Assembly: GCF_018350175.1 (NCBI RefSeq)
Contig: NC_058369.1
Span: 26,724,001-26,788,000 of the forward strand
Direction: 5' to 3'
Length of the DNA: 64,000 nt
DNA from: Felis catus
Taxonomy: Eukaryota
Part shown: piece after piece, positions 52,190-64,000 of the stretch
How the letters are laid out: every line of letters starts with the position of its first letter
How positions within the stretch are numbered: position 1 is the stretch's first letter
Program-made: the position numbers and the translations under genes
Notes under the pieces: model-generated
The model's input: the letters and a program-made list of their open reading frames with translations, nothing else
Databases searched by the model: none
What the model was told of the DNA's origin: nothing

Positions 52190-52334
52190 AATAATTCTCC
52201 AAAGTGGTTGCAGTGGTTCCATACTCTCAACAACTTTTGGTACTAGCAGACTTTAATGTTAGCCAATTCTGGTTGGTATAAACAAATATCATTGCGATTT
52301 TATTTGCATTTGTCTTATGAATGACACTGACTAC

Positions 52335-52438
52335 TTTTTTTTTTTTTTTGATAAGCTTTATGCCCAACATGGGACTCAAACTCACAACCTTGAGATCAAG
52401 AGTCGCTCACTTCAATGACCAAACCAGCCAGGTACTCT
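52335..52438 (-). mobile_element. Short, older-type CAN-SINE
   Basis: Poly-T plus caaactcacaaccttgagatcaagagtc...ccagccagg; flanks tgac(t/c)actttt. Confidence 0.8.
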
Positions 52439-54202
52439 CACCGTGACCACTTTTACATGTGTTTACTGGTATGTCTTGTGTAATGTCTGTTAAGTCATTT
52501 GCTCAACTTTATTGGGTTGTTTTCTTATAATTCTGAGAATTCTTTATATATTTTGGATATTTGTCCTTTGTCATATATATGCATTGTGAATACTTTCTTG
52601 CCTACTATCATAATGGTATCTTTTGTTAACCTTTTATTTGGAAATAATTTCTCACACAAAAGTATCAATAGTACACAGAAACTCATATACACATTATCTA
52701 TATTAGCTTATTGCTTAATGATACCTTTTGATTAGCAGAAGTTTTTAATTTCATGAAGTCCAGCTTATCATTATTTACAGTCGCACTTTCTATTTCCTAA
52801 AAAATCCCTGCCTAGCCCAAAGTTGCAAAGAAGATACTCTTCCACGTTTTCTTCTAGATCTTTATAGTTTTAGTTTTTCATTCTATGATCCATCCAATAT
52901 TAATTTCAGTACATTATGTGAGGTAGTGGGTGTGTTTCTTTCTGTATGTTTATCAAGTTGTCCCAGCACTATTTGTTAAAGATTCTCCTTTTCCAAATTG
53001 AAATGCCATGGTACTTTGCTGAAAATCAATTGTATATGTGTGAGTGTGGATCTATTTCTGGGCTTTCTATGGATCCATTTGTTTCATTTATCCATTCTTC
53101 CGCCAATGTCACACTGTCTTGATCACTCTGGATTTGTAGTAAGTCTTGAAAGTAGATGAAGAAACTCTTCAACTTTTTGTTTGTTTTTTGTTTTTTGAGG
53201 TTCATTAGGCTCTTGCTTTTCCAGATAGATTTTAGGATCCACTTATCATTTTCTATAAAAAAAAGTTGTTAAGAGTTTCGGATTGTGTTGAATCTATAAG
53301 ATCAATTTGGGGAGAACAATATTGAGTTACCCAATCCACTCACATGGTATTTATTATGTATTTGTTTAGGCCTCGTTTAATTTCTTTCACAATATTTTAC
53401 AGCTTTAATTTTAGAAGTCTTGTGCAGCTTTTGTTAAATTTATTCCTAAGTATTTTGTTTTTTGATGTGATTGAAGATAATTGCTACTAGTACATAAAAA
53501 TTTCATTGATTTTTGTATATAATTATTTCTGTGACCTTGCTTAATTCACACATTACTTTTAGTAGTTGTTTTGTAGATTCCTGAGGATTTTATACATAAA
53601 CAATCATGTCTTCAGTGAATAAAGACTCTATTTCTGTTTTTTTCAATATTTTTATTTTTTATTTTTTTCTTGCATTACTGCAGTGGTTAGCACCTCCAGC
53701 ATATACTAAATTGAAATGATGAGAGCAGAAAACCTTGCCTTGTTCCTAATCATAAGGGAAAAATGTTCACTATGGTTCTATTACATATCATGTTAGATGT
53801 AAGTTCCCTTTAACATATTGAGGATCTTGTCTTTTCTATTTCTAGTTTTTTTAAAGGTTTTTTTTTTTTTTAATTCATGAAAGGGTATGGAATTCTGTCC
53901 AATGCTTTTTCTGCATTGAGATAGTCCTGTTGTGTTTCTCCTTTATTCTGTCCATATTTTGAATTATACTGATTGACTTTCAAATGTGAAACCAACTTTG
54001 TATTCTTGGTATAAATTTCAATTATGCTAGTATTTTGTTGAAGAATTTTACACCTGTGTTCATGAGGTACATTGGTTTGTATTTTCTCATGATATTTATA
54101 TCAGGTTTTGATAACAGAGTTAAGCTAATTCCATAAAGTGATTTGGGAAGAGTTTCCTCCTCTTCTATTGTCTGAAAATTTATTTAAAATAGTGCTAGTT
54201 TA

Positions 54203-54401
54203 TTTACTTTTATTTTTAAATGTTTATTTATCTATTTTGAGGAGGGTAGGGGCACAGAGAGAGGAAGAGAGAGAATCCCAAGCAGGGTTCCATGCTGTCA
54301 GTGCAGAGCCAGATGCAGGGCTCGATCTTACCAACTGTGAGATCATGACCTGAGCTGAAATCAGGAGTCGGATCTTAATCAAATGAGCCACCCAGGTGCC
54401 C
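54203..54401 (-). mobile_element. CAN-SINE
   Basis: TSD taaaat(a/g)gtgctagttta. Confidence 0.9.
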
Positions 54402-54768
54402 TAAAATGGTGCTAGTTTAAATGTTAATAGAATTAATGTAAGTCTAAAGCTTTCTTTGGGGGAAGATTTTGGTTATATATTCAATTTAACAGATTATGAG
54501 GCTATTCAGATTTCTAATTTTTGTTGTTTCAGTTTTAATACATTGTGATTTTATTGCCTTAAAGTTGTTCATATTATTCCCTTTACTATCACTTCACATT
54601 AGTAGGATCTGTAGTGGTATCCTGTCTCTCATTCTTGACATTGGTAATTTGTGACTTTTCTCTTTTTATTATTCAATCCCTCTATGGTTTATTAAGTTTA
54701 ACTTTTTAAAGAAACAACTCTTGGCTTTGTAGAATTTCTCTATTCTTTGTTTTCAATTATATTGATTC

Positions 54769-54995
54769 TTTTTTTTTTTAAATTTTTTTTTTCAACATTT
54801 ATTTATTTTTGGGACAGAGAGAGACAGAGCATGAACGGGGGAGGGGCAGAGAGAGAGGGAGACACAGAATCGGAAACAGGCTCCAGGCTCTGAGCCATCA
54901 GCCCAGAGCCTGACACGGGGCTCGAACTCATGGACCGCGAGATCGTGACCTGGCTGAAGTCGGACGCTTAACCGACTGCGCCACCCAGGCGCCCC
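54769..54995 (-). mobile_element. Young feline SINEC_Fc SINE
   Basis: Near-consensus; perfect TSD tcaattatattgattctt. Confidence 0.94.
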
Positions 54996-56617
54996 TCAAT
55001 TATATTGATTCTTGGTTCTATGTTTATTTCTTTCCTTCTACTTATTTTAGGTTTAATTTGTTGTTTTTCCCCCTTCACTTCTTAGGGTGGAAAGTTAGAT
55101 AATTAATTTTAAACCTCTCTCTTTTCTCATACAAACGTTTAAAACTTACAAAGCTTTCCTCTAAGCATTATGTTAGCTGTCTCCCACAAATTCTGATATG
55201 TTGTACTGTAATTTTCATTCAGTTTGAAATATTTTCTAATTTCCCAAATGATTTCTTCTTTGAATCTTGGGTTACTCAGATGTGTGCTATTTAATTTCCA
55301 AAAAGTACAGTCTTTCCTATATATTGCATTGCTATTGATTTTTAATTTAATTCCATTGTGGTCAGAAAACATACTTTGTTAAGTTTCCTTTTTAAAAAAA
55401 TGTAATAAGACATTGTTTGATTCAGAATATGACTGATGGATGGTCTACATGCACTTGCATTTCTTATTTTTTTATTTTAAAACTTTAAAACATTAAAAAC
55501 TACTTTCCCCAAGTTTACTCAGTACTGATCCATTTATTTATAGGCCATTCTTTCATATTTCTGGGCAAGTCTGGCACTTAAATCACAATTTTCTTCTGCC
55601 ACCATTCTGGGTTACTTTATCTACACAAGAGAGCAAAATTTAATTTAAACTTAAACCTTTTCCACCATGACAATCAACACATCTATTCCATTTTAGCACC
55701 TTATACAGATAGCCCTACTTTGTAGCCCATCATCACTAGGAATTGTTCAACTTCAAGGTCTCCATTTCAAATTTTCTTCCTGATTTCATTAATGCATTCA
55801 ACTAGCATTCAGTCAATGCCTTAACAGCACAACACAAGGCACCAGAGATATGGAAGTAGCTAAGTTGCAGAAATCATTCTCCAGTGTGGAAGGAAAAATA
55901 AACATTCTTCAGTAGCTGTTTTAGCACATTTCATAGACGTTATCTTATTAGGTCTCACAAAAATCCTTCACTAAAGGCAGTATATTCATTCTCCATTTTG
56001 TAGATAGGGAAATTAGACTCCATAAACTAAGGAAGCTACTAGTGTATGGAAATACAGCTAGGTAAGTAGCAGAATGTTAAAATTGCCTCTTTAAAATCCA
56101 CCACGATTTCTGTGATATGACTGTATGGTCACTACCATAATAGCCTGAAGCTCTTTCATTCATTCATGCTCAGTGGCCACTATTTGCCTCATGCTGTGCT
56201 AGCAGTGACAAGGCTGCCTTGGTGCCCTCCTCGCAGAACCACAGCCAAACACTTTCAATACAATACTTGTTCATCTGATAAAAACCACATACCCTTTTGC
56301 TTCTCCCCTTCTCACTCTTTTAAAACCATTTCCTGCTCAATTCTGGCTTCCAGTCTGGATCCAATTTTCTAATAGGTCACAAACATGTGTCTTACACTAT
56401 GACTCCAGTTAAAGCCTCCTGAAAGGATGATCCAAAGCTAGAAAGATGAGTGTAGTAATCCACTAGAATGTGGTAATTCATCTAAAGAAAAAATATCTAC
56501 CAAATTTCAGAAGGTCTTTGTGCTTGGCACACAATCAGAACAAGTGACTTAGACTTCAGTTCTTGATGTATGCATTCCCCAAAGAAAAGGTAGTGATATT
56601 ATTATTAAATATCTATT

Positions 56618-56830
56618 AGGGGTGTCTGGGTGGCTCAGTTGGTTAAGTGTCTAACTCGATCTCAGCTCAGGTCATGATCTCACAGGTCCTGAGACTGAGC
56701 CCTGCATCGGGCTCTGTGCTGACAGTGCAGAGGCTGCTTGGGATTCTCTCTCTCCCTCTCTCTCTGCCCTGCCCTACTTGTGCATGTTCTCTCTTTCCCA
56801 AAAAAAAAAAAAAAAAAACCTTAAAAAATA
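56618..56830 (+). mobile_element. CAN-SINE inserted in a minus-strand MIR
   Basis: TSD aaatatctatta; MIR core acagatgaggaaactgaagc lies downstream. Confidence 0.9.
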
Positions 56831-57444
56831 AATATCTATTATGTATTGAACATTTCCTATATGCCAACACTGTATTAAGTATTCTAGATGCATTATCTCA
56901 CAATGCTCTCATAAACCCCACAAGATGTCTATTAGTATTATCTCTACTTAACAGATGAGGAAACTGAAGCTTTAGTTCTCAGACACCTAGCAGAATGCAG
57001 ATTTAAACTCTGATCTAATTGATCCTAGTACCTACTACATTCTTAACAAGATGCTGATTTTCTTTTGGGCAGACAGTACCTATAAAAACATCCATAGTAG
57101 AAGAATCTTTGCTCCTGGGAACAAAATATTTAGCATCTGGTAACTAAGACTGTTTGGCTGGACAGAGCCCATGTTTGCCTTTGTAAGTATGTGTGTGCAT
57201 GTGCACACACATTCCATTCACAAATTCTTCTTTTAAAAATTTGTAAAAAAACAAAACCAAAGACAACACCCCTCTGATTCAGGAACTATTATCTTGCAAT
57301 TAAAAGCTCATGGGTTAATCTGACTTTCTTAATTTTCATGTTCTTGGAGGTCACTTCACCGTGCCACCATAGGCTTCACATACTTACAATCCTCTCAGTT
57401 ATTAGTGAGGAACCCTGTGAATCACTGATTCTGCCCTGTTTTGA

Positions 57445-57963
57445 ACATCTGGGCTTCACTGTTCCAATTAGCTGTGAGGCTGAGGAAAGGACACAGGTGC
57501 AAGTAGTTTATTGGAGAGCTGATTCCATGAAACAGGAATGAAGGAAGAGGGAGAGTAAGACAATAAAAGAGGAAAAGCCAAGATAAGAATGCGCTGTCAA
57601 CAATACTGCTATATACCACAGGGGCTGCATCCCACCAGGATGTCCAGGACCATGGAAACATGTACAGAGCATCTCCCAGAAGTGTCCACTTGAAGAGAGG
57701 AGGTGGGAGCATATATTCTCTACCTTCCAACTCCCCGCAATGGTTAAGGGTTGCCTTGGGGGGCCTAACCTCCCTAGTATTTTCAGGCTATGCCTATCTG
57801 TGGGTGGAGTAGTAGGCTCCCACAACATCAAAGAAAGTCCTGGATGGCACTTTATATGGGAAGCTATCCAAGCAAGCTTGCTCCAAACCACCCCTGCAGC
57901 TGCAGCTGATATCGGACGTGGACCCAGAGGACGTGACATGGAACACTGGAGTGGGCTGCCACA
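57445..57963 (-). mobile_element. ERVL solo LTR (LTR33/LTR16-like)
   Basis: ggtgcaagtagtttattggagag...gatcc-like 3' end motif in reverse, locally raised GC, minus strand begins TGTGGCAG. Confidence 0.6.
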
Positions 57964-58674
57964 ATGACAATACCAGCATGCTTTCTACTTAAACATACTC
58001 TCCCTCCTGTTGTTTTTTGGTGCCTTTGCTTATGCGTTTCCCTTGAAAGCCCCTTCTCTGATTATGCCAGCTGAAATTATATTCATCCATCACAGTTTGG
58101 GCTGTAATGCTACCTCCTCCCTGAAAACACCTCAGACTCCAAATTAAAAATAATTACATCTTTTTTTTTTTTTTTTGACTCACCACAACATGTTTTTCAA
58201 CCTCTATTACTGAATTTCTTTCATTCCCTCTTGGTGTTCTAGGTCAGTAACTACAGTCCATTTTATGGGCCATAATCTGATGCAAATATGCAAATCTTTT
58301 CCTTTGTTTTCATGGGTGAATAACATGCAGTTCCATAAATTTCAGTTTTATCACTTCTAGTAACATTCTAATTGAGTTTAAAAGGGTTACTAGCATTTGG
58401 TACTCCCAAGCCCATTTTAGAGTTTCAAGCAGTCTCTCATTTTAAACTCCACAAAGAAGTCTGACTGCCCTGAAAGGTTTGGTGATTTGTAAGAGTTCCC
58501 AGTACGCACATGTACAAACACAACAGAGGTGGGATTTCTGCAGTTTGGGGAAAGGACAATTCATTATCAATTCATCATCAGTGTTGTATTGAGTTAATAG
58601 TAGTTTCTGAGTACTGCTTTTTTTTTTGTGATCAATTATTATTCTAGACTACTCATTATCAACAAGTGTGGAAA

Positions 58675-58925
58675 TAAGCTGTAATGGTTAAAAGCATTAA
58701 TTTCAAAGCCATACTTTCTGTGTTCAAATTCTGGCTTCACCATTTCTTAGCTGTGTGACAGCGGGTATGTTACTTAACCTTTTGTACCTCAGTTTCTTTA
58801 TTAATAAAACGTGGAAAACCATAGTACTCATAAGATTGTTGTGAGGACTGCATATGTAAGCGAATATAAGAAAAATGCTCAGAATAGTGCCTGGCACACA
58901 GAAAATTCTAACTAAGTACTAACCA
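58675..58925 (+). mobile_element. MIR SINE
   Basis: tagctgtgtgac...ttacttaacctttt gtacctcagtttc...agaatagtgcctggcacaca. Confidence 0.8.
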
Positions 58926-60682
58926 TTGTCAACTTGGGTGGTCGTGGATTGTTTAGTGAATGCTGTGTATTTTTAGCCTTTCATTTTCTACTAACTAAAA
59001 TATTTATTAAGAAAGAAAGGCCCCCTGGGCTGTAAGGCTCCCTAAGAACCATACAGTGGGTACACAGCCCAACTTTGTCCTTGTAGAGGTCAGGTCTTTG
59101 GTTTGCACAAAATAGTTCTCCATCAGACCTAGCCATTATGGCTCTGATCTCTGGAAAAATTTCTAAATGCTCACGTGCCCAGTTTAGGACAGAGGTATTA
59201 GGACTAAGCCACTCATATGGTGATGAGAAGTTAATCTACTGTCTTTGCAAAAATAAATATGCAAACCTTCCCTATCTCATAATCAAGAATACTTGGTTTT
59301 GGAGGGAAAACAAAATCATGTGCTAAGCTTAAATGGTTCTGAAAGCAAGCTGAATTGCTACTTTAAAAAAATTAAAATTAGTCATTCATGAGAGAGAGAG
59401 AATATAAATGCATATGTGTGAACTACTTAAAAGCTTCATTATGCTCATGTGCTCATGTGCTTTTTTGGGGACAATTTAGTTGCTGTAAGGAAGGCTGCTT
59501 GTAAAACAGCTCTTCAGTTGTAATACAGGCTTGATTTTCACCATCTCAAACCTCCTGTGACCTAACAAAGCAGAAAAAGACAAGCAACACTGGCATTGCT
59601 CCTCTTACACTTAAAGATATATATATTTTTAAAAACCCATATATGAGTTAATACATTTTTATATCTGTAAGTGAGCATTCATAGCTAAGGGTCAGCAATG
59701 TAATAGAAAAAGTAATGAGACCATGTTGAGAAAAAATGGGGTAGTCAACAGGAAAATCAACCTCATTTATTATAATATTCTAGTGATCAGCAGGTGTATA
59801 ACTCTTTCAGCTATGGTCATTAACGACATTCATTCCAAACTTAACATCTACATTTGCAAACCATTTGAAAGTAAAATTACTTTCCAATTCAGTTTCCAAT
59901 TTGCTTTTATATCTTCATCTTTGATTGACAATTTTTTTTTAACAATGGCAACCTCAGTGAGTATTTGAGTAAATGGTAGCAACCATCCAATAGTGTAGAT
60001 AAACTCATCCATTTAGATTACCTATTCACTTTTCTTCTGTATATACAATCATTTACAACCACTGAATGTTCACTTCAGTTTAAACTTGCAAAACTGATGT
60101 CAGGCTTCTGGTGATTAGATTCATTTATTAGAATTATTTGTTCTTAAAGCCAAAGTGGTATTTATTTTTTTTATCATGACCTAAAAATGACCAAATTTGA
60201 ATGCACACCTTCAGTGATGCCATCAAATAACTCCAGGTATAATTGCAAGAAAATAGTGAGTTTGCAAAATGGTACATTTAAATGTGTGCAATGATGTTTA
60301 GGTATATAGTTAACATGGCTGTGTACTGAAATTTAGTCATGTAGAAGACGCATAAGATACATTCATTCCTATGCTTTATGATCACCACAGGGAATTTTAT
60401 TCCATTAATCTTTCCCAGGTCCTTTCTACTGAAGTTTAATTCATTGAGGATTCTTTTGTTCTTTATAAATAATAGGAATTCTGAACCTAAGATGCTTTCA
60501 TATGTTTAGTAAAACACATGGAGCCCTCTTTTTATAATTAGCATTCTTTACAAGGCATATTTCACAGGTATGACTTTAATAACTGGTACTCTTTGAATTT
60601 TTCTCTGAATATAATTTGATCCCCTTTTAAAAAGCAGCTTTATTGAGGCATAATTTACATGCCACAAAATTCACCATTTTTA

Positions 60683-60899
60683 GGTGCATCTTAATGGCTT
60701 AGTTAGGTAAGTGTCCAACTCTTGATTTCAGCTCAGGACATGATCTCACAGTTCATGGGATTGAGCCCCGCACTGGGCTCTGTGCTGTCAGAATGGAACC
60801 TGCTTGGGATTCTCTCTTTCTGTCTCTCTGCCCCTCCCCTGCGTGCATGCTGTCTCTCTTTCTTGCTCTCTCAAAATAAAAAATAAACTTAAAAAAAAA
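60683..60899 (+). mobile_element. CAN-SINE inside an L1 3' end
   Basis: Flanks aaaattcaccatttttta / aaaattcactacattttta. Confidence 0.88.
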
Positions 60900-61412
60900 T
60901 TCACTACATTTTTAGTATATTTAAGGAGTTATGCAACTATGACCAGAATTCAGTTATTGAACATTCCCATCATCCAAATAGATCCTGCATACCTGTCTAC
61001 AGTCAGTTCCACTCTCATCCCCACCCTCAGGCTATCCTGAATCTGCTTTGGGTCTGGAAACTTGTCTTCTCTAGGTATTTCATATAAATGAAATACAGAA
61101 TATAAATTTTTTTGCATCTCACATCTTTCACTTAGCACAATGTTTTTGACATGCATCCATACTGTAGCTTGTATCATTACTTTTTATTGCAGAGTAGTAT
61201 TGTAATATATGGATATGCCACATTTTGCTTATCCGTTCACCAACGGAATTGACAGAATTGTAGTTTGTCTCCAGCTTTGGCCAATCTAAATAATGATAGT
61301 AAGAACATTCATGTTCAACTCTGGGTGTAGTCATGTTTTCACATTTCATAGGCTAACACCCAGGAAGACAGCTATTGTGCTGGGTATGGGGCGGTATCTC
61401 ACTGTGGTTTTA

Positions 61413-61768
61413 TTTTTTTAATTTTCTTAAGTTTTTATTTAAATTCCAGTGTAATTAACATACAGTGTAATATTAGCTTCAGCTGTACAATACAGTGATT
61501 CAACATTTGCACACAACACCCCGTGCTCATCAGAACAAGTGCCCTCCTTAATTCCCATTACCTATTTAACCCATCCCCAACCCATCTCCCCTCTGGAAAC
61601 CATCGGTTCTCTATAGTTAAGAAAAAGTTCAAAATAGAACTACCCTACGATCCAGCAATTGCACTACTAGGTATTTACCCAAAGAATACAAAAATACTAA
61701 TTCAAAGGGATACATGCACCCGAATGTTTATAGCAGCATTATCTACAATATTCAAATTATGGAAACAG
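61413..61768. mobile_element. Short carnivore L1 insertion with 5' inversion (twin priming)
   Basis: A minus-strand L1 3'UTR (61413-~61621) abuts a plus-strand ORF2 C-terminal segment (~61622-61768; KIELPYDPAIALLGIYPK). TSD tcactgtggtttta (61399-61412) / tcattgtggtttta (61769-61782). Confidence 0.88.
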
Positions 61769-62544
61769 TCATTGTGGTTTTAATTCGCATTTCCCTAATG
61801 ACAAATGATGTTGAGAATATTATCATGTGCTTTTTAGCCATTTATCTATTTACTTTTATGAAATGTCTATCCAAATCTTTTACTAAGTTTTAAATTGGGT
61901 GATATATTTTCTTACTAATAAATAGTAAGAGTTCTTTTTATATTCTGGATACAAGAATGTTATCATATATATGATTTGCAAATATTTTCACCATTCTGAG
62001 GCTGTCTTTACTTACTTAAAGGTGCCTTTAAATGCAAAACTTATATTTTTTTATAAAGTCCAATTTATTATTTTTTATTTTTGTTTTGTTGACATATCTA
62101 CAAATGCTTTGCCTAACCCAGGGTTATGAAGATTTCCTACTGTTTTCTTCCAGAAGTTTTATATTTTTAACTCTTATATTTAGGTCTACAATCCATTTTG
62201 AGCTAATTTCTGTATATGGTGTGAGGTAAGGTTCTAATTTTTTTGCATATGGATATCCAAATGGCCCAGCATCATTTGCTGAAAAGGCTATTTTTTTACC
62301 TACTGAATTGCTTTAGCAAGTTTGTAAAAAAAAATCAACTTATCATAAATGTAAGGTTCTATTTCTGTATGCTACTTCATTTATCTATCTTCTTCATGCC
62401 AGTACCATACTGCCTTCATTACTGTAGCTTTATACTAAATTTTGAAATCAGTAAAGATAAGTCCTCCACCTTTGTTCTTCTTTTGCAAAACTGTTCTATT
62501 ATGAATCTTTGAATTTCCATATAAATTTTATGATCATTTCATCA

Positions 62545-62850
62545 AATGCTGGAAACATTATGGTAAGTGAAAGAAGCTAAACACAAAAGACTACATACTG
62601 TATGGTTCCACTTATATGAAATGTTCAAAATAAGCAAATCTCTAGATGGAAAGAAAGGGCTGGGAGTAGCAGGAGGCAGGGAGTAACTACTCATGGATGC
62701 AGGTACTTTGTGGGTGATGAAGCATTCTAAAATTACGCAGTGGTGATGGTTGTACAACTCTGTGAAATATACTGAAAACCACTAAATCATACATTTTAAG
62801 GGGAGAATTTTATGGTATGTGGATTACATCTCCACTAAAAAAAAAAGCTG
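62545..62850 (+). mobile_element. L1 (L1MB-like) 3' end
   Basis: aacattatggtaagtgaaagaagc...catactgtatggttccacttatatgaaatgt...gaattttatggtatgtggattacatctc followed by an A tail. Confidence 0.82.
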
Positions 62851-62991
62851 TTACGAGTTCAATCACTTATTGGTGATGGGACTTTGGATAATGGGAAATA
62901 TAGCAGAAAGATACAGAAAAGAGTAAGCATCACCTTTGTTGGTGATGCCCTTGTGCTTTAAGAAAACATTCATTCAATGACCCACAGTCAT

Positions 62992-63446
62992 TGTTGTAGG
63001 TTCAACTATGTTCCCCAGAAAAATATGTCCAAGTCTTAACCCCTGGTACCTATGAATGTGACCTTATTTGGAAAATGGGGTCTTTGCAGAAATAACTGAA
63101 TTAAGATAAAGTCATGCTGGGTTAAAGTGGGCTGTAATCCAATGATTGATGTCCTTATAAGAAGATGGAAATTCAGACATACACACACAGAGGGTACCAT
63201 GTGACTACAGAGCCAGAAACTTGAGTGATGCATCTATAAGCCAAGAAATGCCAAAGATTGCTGGCAACTGCCAGAAAACCTGGCAGAGAGGGGCATGGTA
63301 GATTCTCATTAAGTGTTTCAGAAGGAACTAACCCTGCTGACACCTTGATCTGGGACTTTTAGCTTCTAGAACTGTGAGATAATACTGTTGTTTCAAGCCA
63401 CCTAGTTTGTGGTGATTTATTATGGCAGCCCTAGGAAACTAACACA
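62992..63446 (+). mobile_element. MLT1C-like MaLR solo LTR
   Basis: TG...CA termini, gaatgtgaccttatttggaaa, ccctgctgacaccttgat, ttctagaactgtgaga, gcagccctaggaaactaacaca. TSD gtcat/gtaat. Confidence 0.9.
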
Positions 63447-63542
63447 GTAATATTTACATCTTTATTATTAAAGACAAAGGGTTTCAGGAACTAGAGTCAA
63501 CCTCTTGGGAGTTTCAATTCCTTCATCTATAAATTGGGGATA

Positions 63543-63573
63543 GTGCTCGCTTCGGCAGCACATATACTAAAAT
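63543..63573 (+). pseudogene. 3'-truncated (tailless) U6 snRNA retrocopy, nt 1-31
   Basis: GTGCTCGCTTCGGCAGCACATATACTAAAAT is identical to the U6 5' end. Flanked by a perfect duplication ataaattggggata (63529-63542 and 63574-63587) inside a MIR-like fragment. Confidence 0.95.
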
Positions 63574-64000
63574 ATAAATTGGGGATAATAACATCTGTCT
63601 ATTCATCATGCTGAAAAATAAAGAACAAATAAATAAATAAAATTAAAATTAAAAAAGATTATAAACATGAAAATGAGAACACTGCTACCTGTGAGAAAAA
63701 AGGGAAATTTGTTTACACAGCCATCAAGTGCTAGATACTGTTCTATTTGTTGGGATAGGTGGTGTGCACAGATGTTTGCTTTATTAATATTTTATGATAT
63801 ATTTCTTGGGCATATGAGTGCTAGTCAAACACTTTCTGTACTATCCCCAGAAAATCAATGTAAAACAATAGTTCCTTTTAATGTCCTACTCTCTTGTCTT
63901 TTTGGCTATATTAATAAATAAATACAATAAAATACAAAATTATAAAAAAGAAACTGTGAAGCACTTTGTAAATATAGGATATTACTCCTCCAGATGTATG

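Larger units (their letters stand above)
51520..55460 (-). mobile_element. Old L1 (3'UTR plus most of ORF2) with three SINE insertions
   Basis: ORF 55139..55372 (FSDHNGIKLKIN...YQNLWETAN) is the L1 endonuclease C-terminus. L1 3'UTR at 51520-51900. Confidence 0.85.
60625..62544 (-). mobile_element. L1 (L1MB-like) 3' portion containing a SINE and a younger 5'-inverted L1
   Basis: cagctttattgaggcataatttacat... 3' end; ORF2 C-terminal homology at 61780-62540. Confidence 0.82.

Noticed and set aside
57422..57979. Overlapping 60-143 aa ORFs
   Set aside because: They coincide with an LTR-like element; GC content explains the open frames.
5959..61040. Recurrent short ORFs such as MAQSVKRPTSAQVMIS...
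   Set aside because: These are translations of CAN-SINE bodies, not genes.
50032..63573. U2 and U6 matches as functional snRNA genes
   Set aside because: Only 31-33 nt of each are present. They are bounded by TSDs and have no recognisable PSE/DSE promoter or terminator.
49082..64000. Search for the preceding CFAP20DC exon (and, in 1-7015, the following one)
   Set aside because: No segment with a matching peptide and splice sites was found by eye; these exons probably lie outside the window.

Overview
AT-rich, repeat-dense mammalian DNA from a carnivore, almost certainly a felid (many CAN-SINEs, including near-consensus feline SINEC_Fc copies). The window appears to lie entirely inside CFAP20DC (C3orf67) on the minus strand. 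Three coding exons have canonical AG/GT sites and join in one frame: 49081-48967 (115 nt), 23969-23813 (157 nt) and 7180-7016 (165 nt). They encode [38 protein letters not shown] / [52 protein letters not shown] / [55 protein letters not shown]. The rest is intron: one near-full-length dead L1 (26970-34916), many L1 fragments, about 25 CAN-SINEs, MaLR/ERVL solo LTRs, MIRs, DNA-transposon MITEs and microsatellites. Notable items are two tailless snRNA retrocopies with perfect TSDs (U2 nt 1-33, U6 nt 1-31), a twin-primed L1 insertion, several local duplications, inverted SINEs and an old direct repeat bracketing one exon, a candidate poison exon, and a retroelement orientation bias toward the gene's sense strand. 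I found no convincing evidence of a wholly new biological system. Repeat family names and the gene identity are from recall, not a database search, and repeat boundaries are approximate.
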